A stretch of 64,000 nucleotides of DNA from Cyanobacteria bacterium P01_F01_bin.150 (lineage in GTDB: Bacteria > Cyanobacteriota > Cyanobacteriia > CAKZMO01). The notes beneath the pieces are model-generated. The model worked only from the letters and a program-made list of their open reading frames with translations. It was not told where the DNA came from and made no database searches. Made by a program: the position numbers and the translations under genes. Positions 1 through 8,704 of the stretch are shown in pieces; position 1 is the stretch's first letter, and every line of letters starts with the position of its first letter. The stretch covers positions 125,020 through 189,019 of the forward strand of contig JBCCYL010000001.1 of assembly GCA_039189765.1 (NCBI GenBank), in the 5' to 3' direction.

Positions 1-294
1 ATAGCAGGCGGCGGCGGTGACGATACCCTTTTAGGAGGCGGTGGCAGCGATACAATTGTTGGTGGCGGTGGTAACGATATTTATGTTTTGGAACGAAAGT
101 CAGGCCAGGATACGTTTAGAGGCTTTAGAGTCGGTCAAGATCAGTTGGGGTTGTCAAACAATTTAACGTTTGATGGGTTGACTATCACTGCCCAGGGAAA
201 CAATACCCTGATTCGAGCTGGTAGCAACTCCCTGGCAATTCTACAAGGTATACAGCCAGATGCCTTGTCCGAAGCTGACTTTATAGTCGTTTAA
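1..294 (+). CDS. C-terminal end of an RTX-type calcium-binding repeat protein (5' part lies upstream of the window)
   Basis: In-frame from nt 1, stop at 292-294. The translation IAGGGGDDTLLGGGGSDTIVGGGGNDIYV shows GGxGxD nonapeptide repeats. The acidic tail ...LSEADFIVV* parallels the C-terminus of the next gene. Confidence 0.6.
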   Translation: MAGGGGDDTLLGGGGSDTIVGGGGNDIYVLERKSGQDTFRGFRVGQDQLGLSNNLTFDGLTITAQGNNTLIRAGSNSLAILQGIQPDALSEADFIVV

Positions 295-342
295 TCTACT
301 ATTTGAATTCATTAGAAAACGATAGACGAGTACTCACCAGCT

Positions 343-1740
343 ATGCCAGAACTTAGTATTACAGCCGATCCTTTAATTCTTATTGAAGATGAAGGAACCA
401 CAACAACCATTACCATCAGTTCCAATGAGCCGCTGCCAGAAGGCGGTCTGACTGTTTTAATTGAAACCGGTAAGCCATTTGCGCTGGGAGACTTTAATGC
501 CTTTCAAGCTTCCTTTTCTGGGGGAGTTTTGATCAGAGGCTTATTAGATAATAGCGGCCTTGAGTTTCGCTTGACGAACCAAACGGCAACAATCACCCTT
601 CCGGTATTTGACGATCCGGATCGAACAGCAGATGGAGCCGTAACCGATCCATCAGGTCCGTTAAGAAACGACGATCAGGGCGAAGAACAAACCACTATCT
701 CCATTGGCTCAGGAGAGGGATACACGGTCAGTCCAACAGCAGGTAGCATCACTCTCACCTTTTTTGATACCGCTCCGCCTGCCTCCACGCCTACGCCCGC
801 CCCTACGCCTACACCAGACCCCATATCTACGCCCGCCCCCACACCTACGCCAGACTCTACTCCAGAGCTTAGTATTAGTGCCGATATTCTTACCCTCTTG
901 GAAAATGAGGGCACGGAAACGACGTTTACGATTACGTCTAGTGAGCCGCTACCAGAGGGTGGCTTAGTGATTTCGCTTGAAACCAATAAGCTAGGTGCCC
1001 TAGATGACTTTGTTGGGTTTACCACATCTTCTCAGCTTTCAACCACTGGGGGGGCCGTAATAGAGGTTGCCCAGGATGGCAGCGACTTTACCTTCCGTCT
1101 AGATTCGCAAACGGCAACCATTCGCCTCCCCATTGATAATGATAACGATACGGGGAAAGAGCAGACCACTTTTTCTATTGCTACAGGAGACGGGTATACC
1201 GTTAGTCAAACCTCTGGAGCGGTTACCCTTACCCTTCTAGACATTAATCCACCCACAAATGGAGCCGATCGCATTCGAGGTTCAGACACTGCGGATACGA
1301 TTAGTGGAAATGGCGGTAGAGATATTTTAATTGGCCTTGCTGGCGATGATACGATTACTGGCGGTGCTGGTAGAGACTCTGTAAGGGGCGGACGCGGCAA
1401 AGATTCTCTTTTTGGCAATGGCGGCAACGACAAAATATTTGGTGGTCAGGGGAACGACACCATGTTTGGAGGTGGCGGTAGCGATATTATTGTCGGAAAT
1501 AGAGGTCGTGACACGTTTGTGTTGGAGCAAAAGTCAGGTCGTGACACCTTTAGAGACTTTACAGATAGTCAAGATCGGCTAGGTCTATCTGACGGTCTTG
1601 AATTTGATGATTTAAGCTTTATCGATCGAGGAAAGAATGTTCTGATTAGATCTGGTAATAATGCACTGGCTCTAGTGCGAGGCATCAATGCAGATCAGCT
1701 AACCGAGGCTGACTTTGTAGATGTTGAGAGTCCAATATAA
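343..1740 (+). CDS. Secreted-type repeat protein: two Calx-beta-like modules, Pro/Thr linker, C-terminal RTX (hemolysin-type Ca-binding) nonapeptide repeats; T1SS-substrate-like
   Basis: 465-aa ORF. Modules LIEDEGTTTTITISSNEPLPEGGLTV...TATITLPVFDD occur twice. The linker is PASTPTPAPTPTPDPISTPAPTPTPDSTP. RTX repeats read GGAGRDSVRGGRGKDSLFGNGGNDKIFGGQGNDTMFGGGGSDIIVG. There is no N-terminal signal peptide and the tail ...EADFVDVESPI* is acidic. Confidence 0.75.
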   Translation: MPELSITADPLILIEDEGTTTTITISSNEPLPEGGLTVLIETGKPFALGDFNAFQASFSGGVLIRGLLDNSGLEFRLTNQTATITLPVFDDPDRTADGAVTDPSGPLRNDDQGEEQTTISIGSGEGYTVSPTAGSITLTFFDTAPPASTPTPAPTPTPDPISTPAPTPTPDSTPELSISADILTLLENEGTETTFTITSSEPLPEGGLVISLETNKLGALDDFVGFTTSSQLSTTGGAVIEVAQDGSDFTFRLDSQTATIRLPIDNDNDTGKEQTTFSIATGDGYTVSQTSGAVTLTLLDINPPTNGADRIRGSDTADTISGNGGRDILIGLAGDDTITGGAGRDSVRGGRGKDSLFGNGGNDKIFGGQGNDTMFGGGGSDIIVGNRGRDTFVLEQKSGRDTFRDFTDSQDRLGLSDGLEFDDLSFIDRGKNVLIRSGNNALALVRGINADQLTEADFVDVESPI

Positions 1741-1811
1741 TACCCCATTGGTTATCCCAGCCAATATCGGTTCCCTGTCCCTGATGGGGAACTGTATGGT
1801 TGTCGAGTAAG

Positions 1812-2882
1812 TTACCGCTGGACTGAACCTACAGTTAAGCCAGAAGCCGCGATCGCCCTTTTGCAGTACTCAGGCCGCTGGTCCCCTGCAAATACCTGAC
1901 GATTGAGTCGGTGAGCGACAGCCAGCATCTCAGCATTAGGGAGCCAGGGAAAAATAATGGCGTCATTCGGTTTGGAATAGAGCTTGATCGTCTGTTCCAA
2001 CGATTGTCCCTGAAGCATCGCTTCTGGAAGGATTAAAACCGTTGTCGCCGCATCCACTAACCAGTCATGGTCCCAATCATCGGCAGTAGCAGCAAGGGCA
2101 AAGGCTGCGTCTGGAATCATATTGTAAAATTCGGGGGACGCGGTGTCACCGCAAAATATAAAGTGGCGATCGCCCAATAAGTACCAGCCAGATTGAATAG
2201 CTTTGATCTGAATCGATGGCTGAGGAACTGGGGTTACCTGAGAAGCTAGCGTAGTCTCTATCAGCACATTGCCAACGGCGGCTTCCGAAGCGTGTGGCTG
2301 CGGCTTTGTATCCTGCTGTTGAGTTTTCTTATGGGGTATGACCGCAACGATCTCCGGCTTAGCCGCTGCATGGCTAGATGTGGAGGTTTTGCTATCTTTT
2401 GATATAGGCTGATTTTTCTGAGCGTCTGTCTTCTTTACCTTCTTCTCGCGCAGGGCTTGCCTCAAGTCTTTGTGGGTCAGCTTTTTACCGGATTGGGCCT
2501 TTTCCAGATACTCCTGTCTAACCGTTGGGGGCGTTGAAGGAGCCGCTAACAGATATAGTGCCGACGTAGCAATGTCTAGTTCCTCTAGAGTAGCCTGTTC
2601 GCCAAAGCTCTCATATACATTAATAAAATTGTAAGCAGTGCGTCGACTCCAGCCAAATTCAGCTTTTAGCCAAACGTCAAACTGACCATATTGCAAATGA
2701 TCACGCACACTGGCTAACCGCTTGCCGATTTCCCAAATATCCTGAGCGGTGCGGCGTAATCGATCCTGAATTTCGCCCGTATGCTGACGCACTAAAGCAC
2801 GCTGTGTAGGCTCTAATACCTCATAGTTGAAGTGTGTCACAATGTCTTTGCCACTATTCGCGTTAGTCACGGCCCCTCCCAA
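1812..2882 (-). CDS. Hypothetical protein with N-terminal DUF3102-like domain
   Basis: 356-aa ORF, convergent with the upstream RTX gene. The N-terminal segment (...RLRRTAQDIWEIGKRLASVRDHLQYGQFDVWLKAEFGWSRRTAYNFINVYESFG) matches the DUF3102 pattern as I recall it. The C-terminal part is unassigned. Confidence 0.5.
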   Translation of the reverse strand: MGGAVTNANSGKDIVTHFNYEVLEPTQRALVRQHTGEIQDRLRRTAQDIWEIGKRLASVRDHLQYGQFDVWLKAEFGWSRRTAYNFINVYESFGEQATLEELDIATSALYLLAAPSTPPTVRQEYLEKAQSGKKLTHKDLRQALREKKVKKTDAQKNQPISKDSKTSTSSHAAAKPEIVAVIPHKKTQQQDTKPQPHASEAAVGNVLIETTLASQVTPVPQPSIQIKAIQSGWYLLGDRHFIFCGDTASPEFYNMIPDAAFALAATADDWDHDWLVDAATTVLILPEAMLQGQSLEQTIKLYSKPNDAIIFPWLPNAEMLAVAHRLNRQVFAGDQRPEYCKRAIAASGLTVGSVQR

Positions 2883-3243
2883 TGTCTTCCTAAATTAAGT
2901 TCTACAGATTTTCTTAACCTGACTTTGTAGGTCCCATTGTGTTCTATATATGCATGACTACTGTCCTAAGCGTGTCCAGTCCAGACATATGCTCAACATC
3001 TTCATAATCATCATACCCAAAATGAAGAGTTGACAAAATATACACTCTTGTTGGTTAATGAGAACAATTGCCATCTATCAAGAGTGACGTACATATAATA
3101 GTTAGCGAACAATCGAGGGGAGTTTAAATGGTGAAATTACGGAGTTTAGAGGGAAAAGAGATAAATTTCAGGATAGAGCAAAGTAACTATTTCCCATCTA
3201 ATCCCACTCCCAAACTTGTTTAAATCCGACTGTTTGTTAGCAC

Positions 3244-4008
3244 TTGTTATCTTTTGGCAACCATTTATGTGTGGTGAAACTTGAGTCTATGATCACCCAA
3301 TCTTCTGTTACTGTTGGAGACTTATTGCTAGAGATTGATCACATTTTTATCTGTGTTGATGCTGAACCCGATCCAGGGGCCTTTGCACGACTTGGCCTTA
3401 TATGTTCTGACCAAGTGGTTCGTCGTGAGCAACAGGGCATAGCATCACGCCTCGTTTTCTTTAACAACGTCTACCTTGAGTTTGTGTGGGTAGAGGATGC
3501 CGAACAGGCTGAGATTTATGCCATGCGTTCTGGAATTGACTACCTATCCCGTGCTCAGTGGAAAGTGTCCCAGTATTGTCCATTAGGGGTTGCATTACGA
3601 CACTGTAATGTGAACGACCCAGATCCAGACTTAAATGTTTTTAATCATACGTCAAATGTCGCTGATGGGGTAATCCGACTAGAAGCCAGTAACTTAGTTG
3701 CTCAGTGGGAGCCATTTTGCTACATAATTCCGTCGGCGATCGCCCTCACGACGCTTTTTGCACGCTCTCGTACCATGCAGGGGCAGCTTACTAATCACGC
3801 CTTAGGCATTCAGCGATTGACCCATGCTCACATGTCAATGGAGCATGAGGGACCCTTGACGCCGCCCATGTCCATGCTAGAGAAGGTTGGCATTGTTGAG
3901 TTAACTCAGAATCAGCAATTTGAGCTTATCTTGACCTTTGATCAGCATCGACAAGGACGGTGTCTAGATCTGGTATCTTTAGATATTCCGGTTATCTTGA
4001 GATACTAA
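3244..4008 (+). CDS. Hypothetical protein, glyoxalase-like (VOC-fold) domain
   Basis: 254-aa ORF. The segment LLEIDHIFICVDAEPDPGAFARLGL...GIASRLVFFNNVYLEFVWVED resembles the Glyoxalase_3-type pattern DH...lGF...G.aNrlvfF.n.YLElv.v.d. The start is uncertain; the alternative is ATG 3289 (MITQSS). Confidence 0.45.
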   Translation: MLSFGNHLCVVKLESMITQSSVTVGDLLLEIDHIFICVDAEPDPGAFARLGLICSDQVVRREQQGIASRLVFFNNVYLEFVWVEDAEQAEIYAMRSGIDYLSRAQWKVSQYCPLGVALRHCNVNDPDPDLNVFNHTSNVADGVIRLEASNLVAQWEPFCYIIPSAIALTTLFARSRTMQGQLTNHALGIQRLTHAHMSMEHEGPLTPPMSMLEKVGIVELTQNQQFELILTFDQHRQGRCLDLVSLDIPVILRY

Positions 4009-4011
4009 AGC

Positions 4012-6024
4012 GTGGGGTTTCGTTTTCAGTCTAAACAGAATAATGGTGTTGTGGGTGGGTCGCGTCCACGGCACTCGCCTAAAGCCGATCCCAAAAGCAT
4101 GGATAGGATCGGGTTAATACTGTGGCGATCGCTTCGGCCCTATTGGCTTGATACAGCACAACGATGGTCAGCCTGGGGCCTACTGTTCTTGTTATTACTG
4201 TTATCCATCGGTAGCAGCGCTGCTTTAATTTGGGAAACGATTGAACGGGGCAATATTTTATCTGCCCTAGCGGCCCAAGATGGGCAAAGATTTGCCAGCT
4301 CCATCATCATCTTTATTGGCTTGTTAATTGCGAGTGTTCTGCTTTTATCGTTCAAAACTTACGTGCAAGAACGTTTAGGGTTGAACTGGCGCAACTGGCT
4401 AACGCGACAAACCCTGAGCCAATATCTACAGCCCTATAAGTTCTATCAGCTTCAATATCCCATTGACAATCCTGATCAGCGTATTTCTGATGACCTTAAG
4501 ACGGTCTGTCAGGATTCACTAATGTTTCTCACGATTCTGTTCGACTCAGTGGTCCAGCTTATTGGCTTTGGCAGTGTTTTATGGCTAATTTCTAAGCCAT
4601 TGATGGGAATTTTAGTCACCTATGCAATAGCTGGTACCGTTGTCACTACCCTGATATTTGGTAGAGTCCTACTGGGCATCAACCGTCAGCGATTACAGCA
4701 GGAAGCTGATTTTCGCTATGGATTGATTCGAGTGAAAGAACAGGCAGAGGCGATCGCGTTTTATCAAGGTGCCTCAAACGAGTATGGTCAGGCTAAAATC
4801 CGTTTCCTAAATGCGTATCAAACAGTTCAGCGGCTCATTCGCTGGCAGTTTGGGCTAACCATTTTTCAAAATGGCTACCAGTACTTGACGTTTATTTTGC
4901 CGTTTATCATTCTAGCTCCTCAAATTTTTGCTGGGAACCAGGAAATCGGCACAGTGGTACAGTCCCAAGCCGCATTTGAGCGCATCGGCTTTGCCCTGGG
5001 CTTAGTCATCACCCAATTTGACAAGCTAAGTGCATTTGGAGCCGCAGTTAAGCGCTTAGATGGACTAAACAAAGGTTTAGAAAAGGCAGAAATAAAGGCA
5101 GAAATAAAGGCAGAAATAAAGGCAGAAGGCAGAAGGCAGAAGGCAGAAGAACCCACCCCTAGCCCCTCCCAGGAGGGGGACCGGAGTAGCCCAACGCCCC
5201 AACGCCCAACGCCCAACGCTCAACTCTCCAACTCTCCAACTCTCCAACTTCCCAACTTCCCAACGCCCCAGCTCTCCAACGCCCCAACGCCTCAACGCCC
5301 TATCCAAAATCTAAAATCTAAAGTTATTTCCTTTCAAAATTTAACGTTGACGACGTCGGCTAAAACGCTGGTGCGTGATTTATCCTTTGAGGTTGCGGAA
5401 GGGCGATCGCTTCTTATCACTGGAGCCAGTGGTGTGGGTAAAAGCTCATTGGTGAGGGCGATCGCAGGGTTATGGCAGTCAGGGGAAGGAGTGATCGGGG
5501 TTCCGCCCCGAGAGCAGCTCTTGTTTTTACCCCAGCGCCCCTATATGCCGTTGGGTGATTTGCGCTATCAGCTACATTATCCCCATCACCATGTTCAAAA
5601 ACAGACTGAGACATTTGACATCCGGTTATCGAACAAGCAGCTATCTAACGAGCAAATATCTAACCAGCGATTAAAAGATATTCTTGTTCAAGTTAATTTA
5701 GCCCATCTAACTGATTATTTAGGCAGTACAAATTCCGTATCTGCCCAAGAGTACGAGGATATGGACTGGTCACAAGTTCTTTCGCTTGGCGAACAACAAC
5801 GTCTTGCCATTGCCCGTGTTGTCCTTAATCCTCCGGTCTATGCCATCCTCGATGAAGCCACCAGTGCCCTCGACGAAGCCAACGAAGCCAACGTCTACCA
5901 GCTTCTGCAAACTCTCCCTACTACGCTTATCAGCATTGGTCATCGCCCCTCACTCACTGCTTATCACCAAACCCTCCTCACCCTCAACCCAGACGCTACC
6001 TGGACCTTAAAATCTATCCCGTAG
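4012..6024 (+). CDS. ABC transporter ATP-binding/permease protein, TMD-NBD half-transporter of the SbmA/BacA/ABCD (ABC_membrane_2) type
   Basis: 670-aa ORF. The N-terminal region contains hydrophobic, transmembrane-like stretches (LLFLLLLLSIGSSAALIW, IIIFIGLLIASVLLL). Walker A is GASGVGKSS, the ABC signature LSLGEQQRLAIARVVL, Walker B AILDEATSALD and the H-loop IGHRPSL. Its paralogous relationship to the next gene supports a start at ATG 4099 (MDRIGLILW...) rather than 4012. Confidence 0.85.
   Translation: MGFRFQSKQNNGVVGGSRPRHSPKADPKSMDRIGLILWRSLRPYWLDTAQRWSAWGLLFLLLLLSIGSSAALIWETIERGNILSALAAQDGQRFASSIIIFIGLLIASVLLLSFKTYVQERLGLNWRNWLTRQTLSQYLQPYKFYQLQYPIDNPDQRISDDLKTVCQDSLMFLTILFDSVVQLIGFGSVLWLISKPLMGILVTYAIAGTVVTTLIFGRVLLGINRQRLQQEADFRYGLIRVKEQAEAIAFYQGASNEYGQAKIRFLNAYQTVQRLIRWQFGLTIFQNGYQYLTFILPFIILAPQIFAGNQEIGTVVQSQAAFERIGFALGLVITQFDKLSAFGAAVKRLDGLNKGLEKAEIKAEIKAEIKAEGRRQKAEEPTPSPSQEGDRSSPTPQRPTPNAQLSNSPTLQLPNFPTPQLSNAPTPQRPIQNLKSKVISFQNLTLTTSAKTLVRDLSFEVAEGRSLLITGASGVGKSSLVRAIAGLWQSGEGVIGVPPREQLLFLPQRPYMPLGDLRYQLHYPHHHVQKQTETFDIRLSNKQLSNEQISNQRLKDILVQVNLAHLTDYLGSTNSVSAQEYEDMDWSQVLSLGEQQRLAIARVVLNPPVYAILDEATSALDEANEANVYQLLQTLPTTLISIGHRPSLTAYHQTLLTLNPDATWTLKSIP
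5077..5310. repeat. In-frame block of heptamer/octamer/12-mer tandem repeats (STRR-like) inside the ABC transporter linker
   Basis: GCAGAAATAAAG occurs 3 times, GGCAGAA 4 times, CCCAACG-type and CAACTCTC/CAACTTCC units follow, plus a ~58-nt unit (5145-5202) nearly identical to 6026-6083. The block translates as EIKAEIKAEIKAEGRRQKAEEPTPSPSQEGDRSSPTPQRPTPNAQLSNSPTLQLPNFPTPQLSNAPTPQRP without breaking the frame. Confidence 0.7.
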
Positions 6025-6184
6025 ACAGAAGAACCCACCCCTAGCCCCTCCAAGGAGGGGGACCGGAGTAGCCCAACTCCCCAGTTTTTCCGCTCCCCAA
6101 CTCCCCAACTCCCCAACTCCCCAACTCCCCAACTTCAAAATCCAAAATCCAAAATCCAAAATCCAAAATCGACCCAACCCTCCC
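6025..6184. repeat. Intergenic STRR-like tandem repeats (CCCCAACT x5, AAAATCC x5) plus second copy of the ~58-nt GAAGAACCCACCCCTAGCCCCTCC.AGGAGGGGGACCGGAGTAGCCCAAC unit
   Basis: Read directly from the sequence. The unit contains the hairpin CCCCTCC(NAGG)AGGGGG. Heptameric short tandemly repeated repetitive (STRR) sequences are characteristic of cyanobacteria. Confidence 0.7.
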
Positions 6185-8056
6185 ATGACTCATCCCCACC
6201 GCCAACCCTTCAAGCTTCAATTTCTTCAACGGCTATGGCAAGTGGCTCGGCCCTACTGGACCTCCTCCGAAAAATGGCGGGCATGGGGCTTACTTTTACT
6301 TTTGCTTTTACTATCTATTGTCAGTGCCGGGCTATTGGTTGTTGTTAGTATTTTTCTAGGGGATGTCACCTCTGCATTGGTGGCCCAGGATAGCGATCGC
6401 TTTTGGCAATCGGTTTTTATATTTATCGGTGTCATCCTAGTTGGCGTGCCACTTTTATCACTAAAAATCTTTGTTCAAGCCCAGCTCAGTTTGTATTGGC
6501 GTCGGTGGCTTACCCAAGAAATGCTACAGCGGTACTTTAGCAATCGCCAATTCTATAAACTCAGCCAGGTCAATCATCACTACGATCGCACCTCTTCTGA
6601 TATTGCGGCCAATATTGACAATCCTGATCAGCGCATTGCTGAAGACATTAATACATTTACAGAACAAGCCCTATTTTTTCTAATTGCTTTTCTGGACTCA
6701 TGCCTCCAGCTTATGGCCTTTGTGGGTGTACTCTGGGCAATTTCTAAACCGTTAATGGCCTTTTTAGTCGCCTATGCAATGGGGGGAACGATGATTACAG
6801 GCCTTGTTTTTGGCCGTAAACTAATCTATCTCAATGTGGAGCAGCTAAAACGAGAGGCTAATTTTCGTTTTGGGCTGGTGCGAGTGCGTGAAAATACGGA
6901 GGCGATCGCCCTTTACGACGGTCAAGCCCAGGAGCTATCTATCCTCCAACAGCGATTCCAGTCGCTATTTGATAATTTTAATCATCTAATCCGCTGGCAG
7001 CTGGGTCTCAACTTTTTTCAAAACGGCTACCAGTATCTAACGTTCCTTCTTCCTGCCCTAATTCTGTCTGGCCCCATCCTGAATGGCACGATGGAAGTGG
7101 GCGTACAGTCTCAAGCGGTGATTGCCTTCCGCAGCATTCTGATTGCCCTTGCGGTTATTATTCAACAGTTTGAGAAGCTAGCAGAATTTATGGCTAGGGG
7201 CGATCGCCTCCACGCGTTTCGGAACGCTATGCTCCCACCTCATCTGTCCTTCCCTATAAGTCCTTCGGACCGGCAGATAGGGGATCGGCAAACAGAGGAC
7301 TCGGAGAAACTGGAGATTCGTCATAAGCCCAGCCGAACGGAGGTCATCCAAACGATTGAAGCTCCCTATATCGCCCTTGACCATCTCACGCTTTACACGC
7401 CCGATCGCTCTACCGAACTGATTACCGATTTATCACTCACCGTGGAACCGGGGCAATCGTTGCTTGTTCAGGGTCCCAGTGGTGTGGGTAAAAGTTCATT
7501 ACTGCGGGCGATTGCAGGGCTTTGGGAGACGGGATCAGGGACGATTAGAAGACCGCCTTTAGACCAAATCGTCTTTTTACCCCAGCGACCCTACATGGCA
7601 TTGGGAACCCTGCGCCAACAGTTGATGTATCCTGTCACTCCATCTGCTTTAACTGGGGATGAATCTGTGGATGAAGAGCTGCTCCAGCATATTCTTGAGC
7701 AGGTGAACCTACCATTTCTAAAAAAGCAGTATGATGGATGGGACTCTATTGAGAACTGGTCGCAGATATTATCGGTGGGTGAGCAGCAACGGTTGGCGAT
7801 CGCTCGTCTTCTCGTAACACGATCTTTACAAACTTCAATCCCAACCGACAATCAGACTAAGTCTCTGATATCACCAATAGTTACCAGCACCTATGCGATT
7901 TTAGATGAGGCCACCAGCGCCCTGGATCAAGACAATGAAGATCGACTCTATCAGACTCTATTTGAGCATTCCATTACATATATAAGCGTAGGACATCGGC
8001 CTAATTTACAGCGCTATCATCACCATATTTTGACGTTGGATAGGCAAGAACCCTAA
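6185..8056 (+). CDS. ABC transporter ATP-binding/permease protein, paralog of the preceding gene (likely heterodimer partner)
   Basis: 623-aa ORF with the same architecture. Walker A is GPSGVGKSS, the signature LSVGEQQRLAIARLLV, Walker B AILDEATSALD and the H-loop VGHRPNL. It has an unusual ~26-aa insertion (TRSLQTSIPTDNQTKSLISPIVTSTY) between the signature and Walker B, and a long linker insertion between the TMD and NBD. Confidence 0.85.
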   Translation: MTHPHRQPFKLQFLQRLWQVARPYWTSSEKWRAWGLLLLLLLLSIVSAGLLVVVSIFLGDVTSALVAQDSDRFWQSVFIFIGVILVGVPLLSLKIFVQAQLSLYWRRWLTQEMLQRYFSNRQFYKLSQVNHHYDRTSSDIAANIDNPDQRIAEDINTFTEQALFFLIAFLDSCLQLMAFVGVLWAISKPLMAFLVAYAMGGTMITGLVFGRKLIYLNVEQLKREANFRFGLVRVRENTEAIALYDGQAQELSILQQRFQSLFDNFNHLIRWQLGLNFFQNGYQYLTFLLPALILSGPILNGTMEVGVQSQAVIAFRSILIALAVIIQQFEKLAEFMARGDRLHAFRNAMLPPHLSFPISPSDRQIGDRQTEDSEKLEIRHKPSRTEVIQTIEAPYIALDHLTLYTPDRSTELITDLSLTVEPGQSLLVQGPSGVGKSSLLRAIAGLWETGSGTIRRPPLDQIVFLPQRPYMALGTLRQQLMYPVTPSALTGDESVDEELLQHILEQVNLPFLKKQYDGWDSIENWSQILSVGEQQRLAIARLLVTRSLQTSIPTDNQTKSLISPIVTSTYAILDEATSALDQDNEDRLYQTLFEHSITYISVGHRPNLQRYHHHILTLDRQEP

Positions 8057-8704
8057 AGGAAAAGAGAGTAAAAGAAGGTGCCATCAGCTGTTTTTCTCCC
8101 AAAAAAATGTTATTTAATTTACATATTCTTTAAAAAGGGGACTTCCTCCCAGGAAATACGGATGTTATCATGATCCTCAGCAACATGATTGGTAGTGATT
8201 CTCAGTAAGAATCACTTTTAGAGAGGTATCGATCGCTTTTTCCGAGCTTTTTTGTAGTTCTCGTATATGTGGAAGGCTTACTCAGGCAGTTTATCTACCT
8301 GCTCTAGCTCTTTATTTATGCTTGGTACTTGTAAGAGCAAAAGAATGAGCTTTGAATGAGCGCTAATGGGATCGGATAGTTTGTTATCCCCAAATCGGAG
8401 GAACGTTGTTTTTTCCGAACCGTCATCCTTGAGAGAGTAGAGCGCGGTGAAAATGGATTGTATCTGTTGATGCTTATGTCCGAGTGTCGCAGTGTAATGG
8501 CGTGTGTCTGAGAAGATATCGCGCTGTTTGACATATTTAGTTCTTGGGAATAAGGTCTGCGAGCTCTGGTGGCGTCCTTAGTTTGAACGCTTCTGATGGC
8601 TGTGTGTGTCTGGAGCAATCGCCTCGTCATCACTAATCCCCCAAGAAGCATTAGAGGTCCGAGTATCAGTTCAGATTTGTGTTATTGCAAGAATAGGAGT
8701 AGCA

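Noticed and set aside
88-294. 68-aa ORF called as an independent gene
   Set aside because: The reading frame is open from nt 1 and encodes RTX nonapeptide repeats continuous with this ORF. It is the 3' end of a gene that starts upstream of the window.
8316-8651. 111-aa minus-strand ORF upstream of gene 8705
   Set aside because: It overlaps the likely promoter or leader of the giant gene, has no recognisable motifs and no RBS context, so it is probably spurious.
8606-8704. N-terminal extension of the giant ORF (MSGAIASSSLIPQEALEVRVSVQICVIARIGVA)
   Set aside because: There is no RBS before 8606. ATG 8705 has an AGGAG 6 nt upstream and aligns exactly with the paralog N-termini (MVQVNLATSTNFSG). 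The extension is probably untranslated leader.
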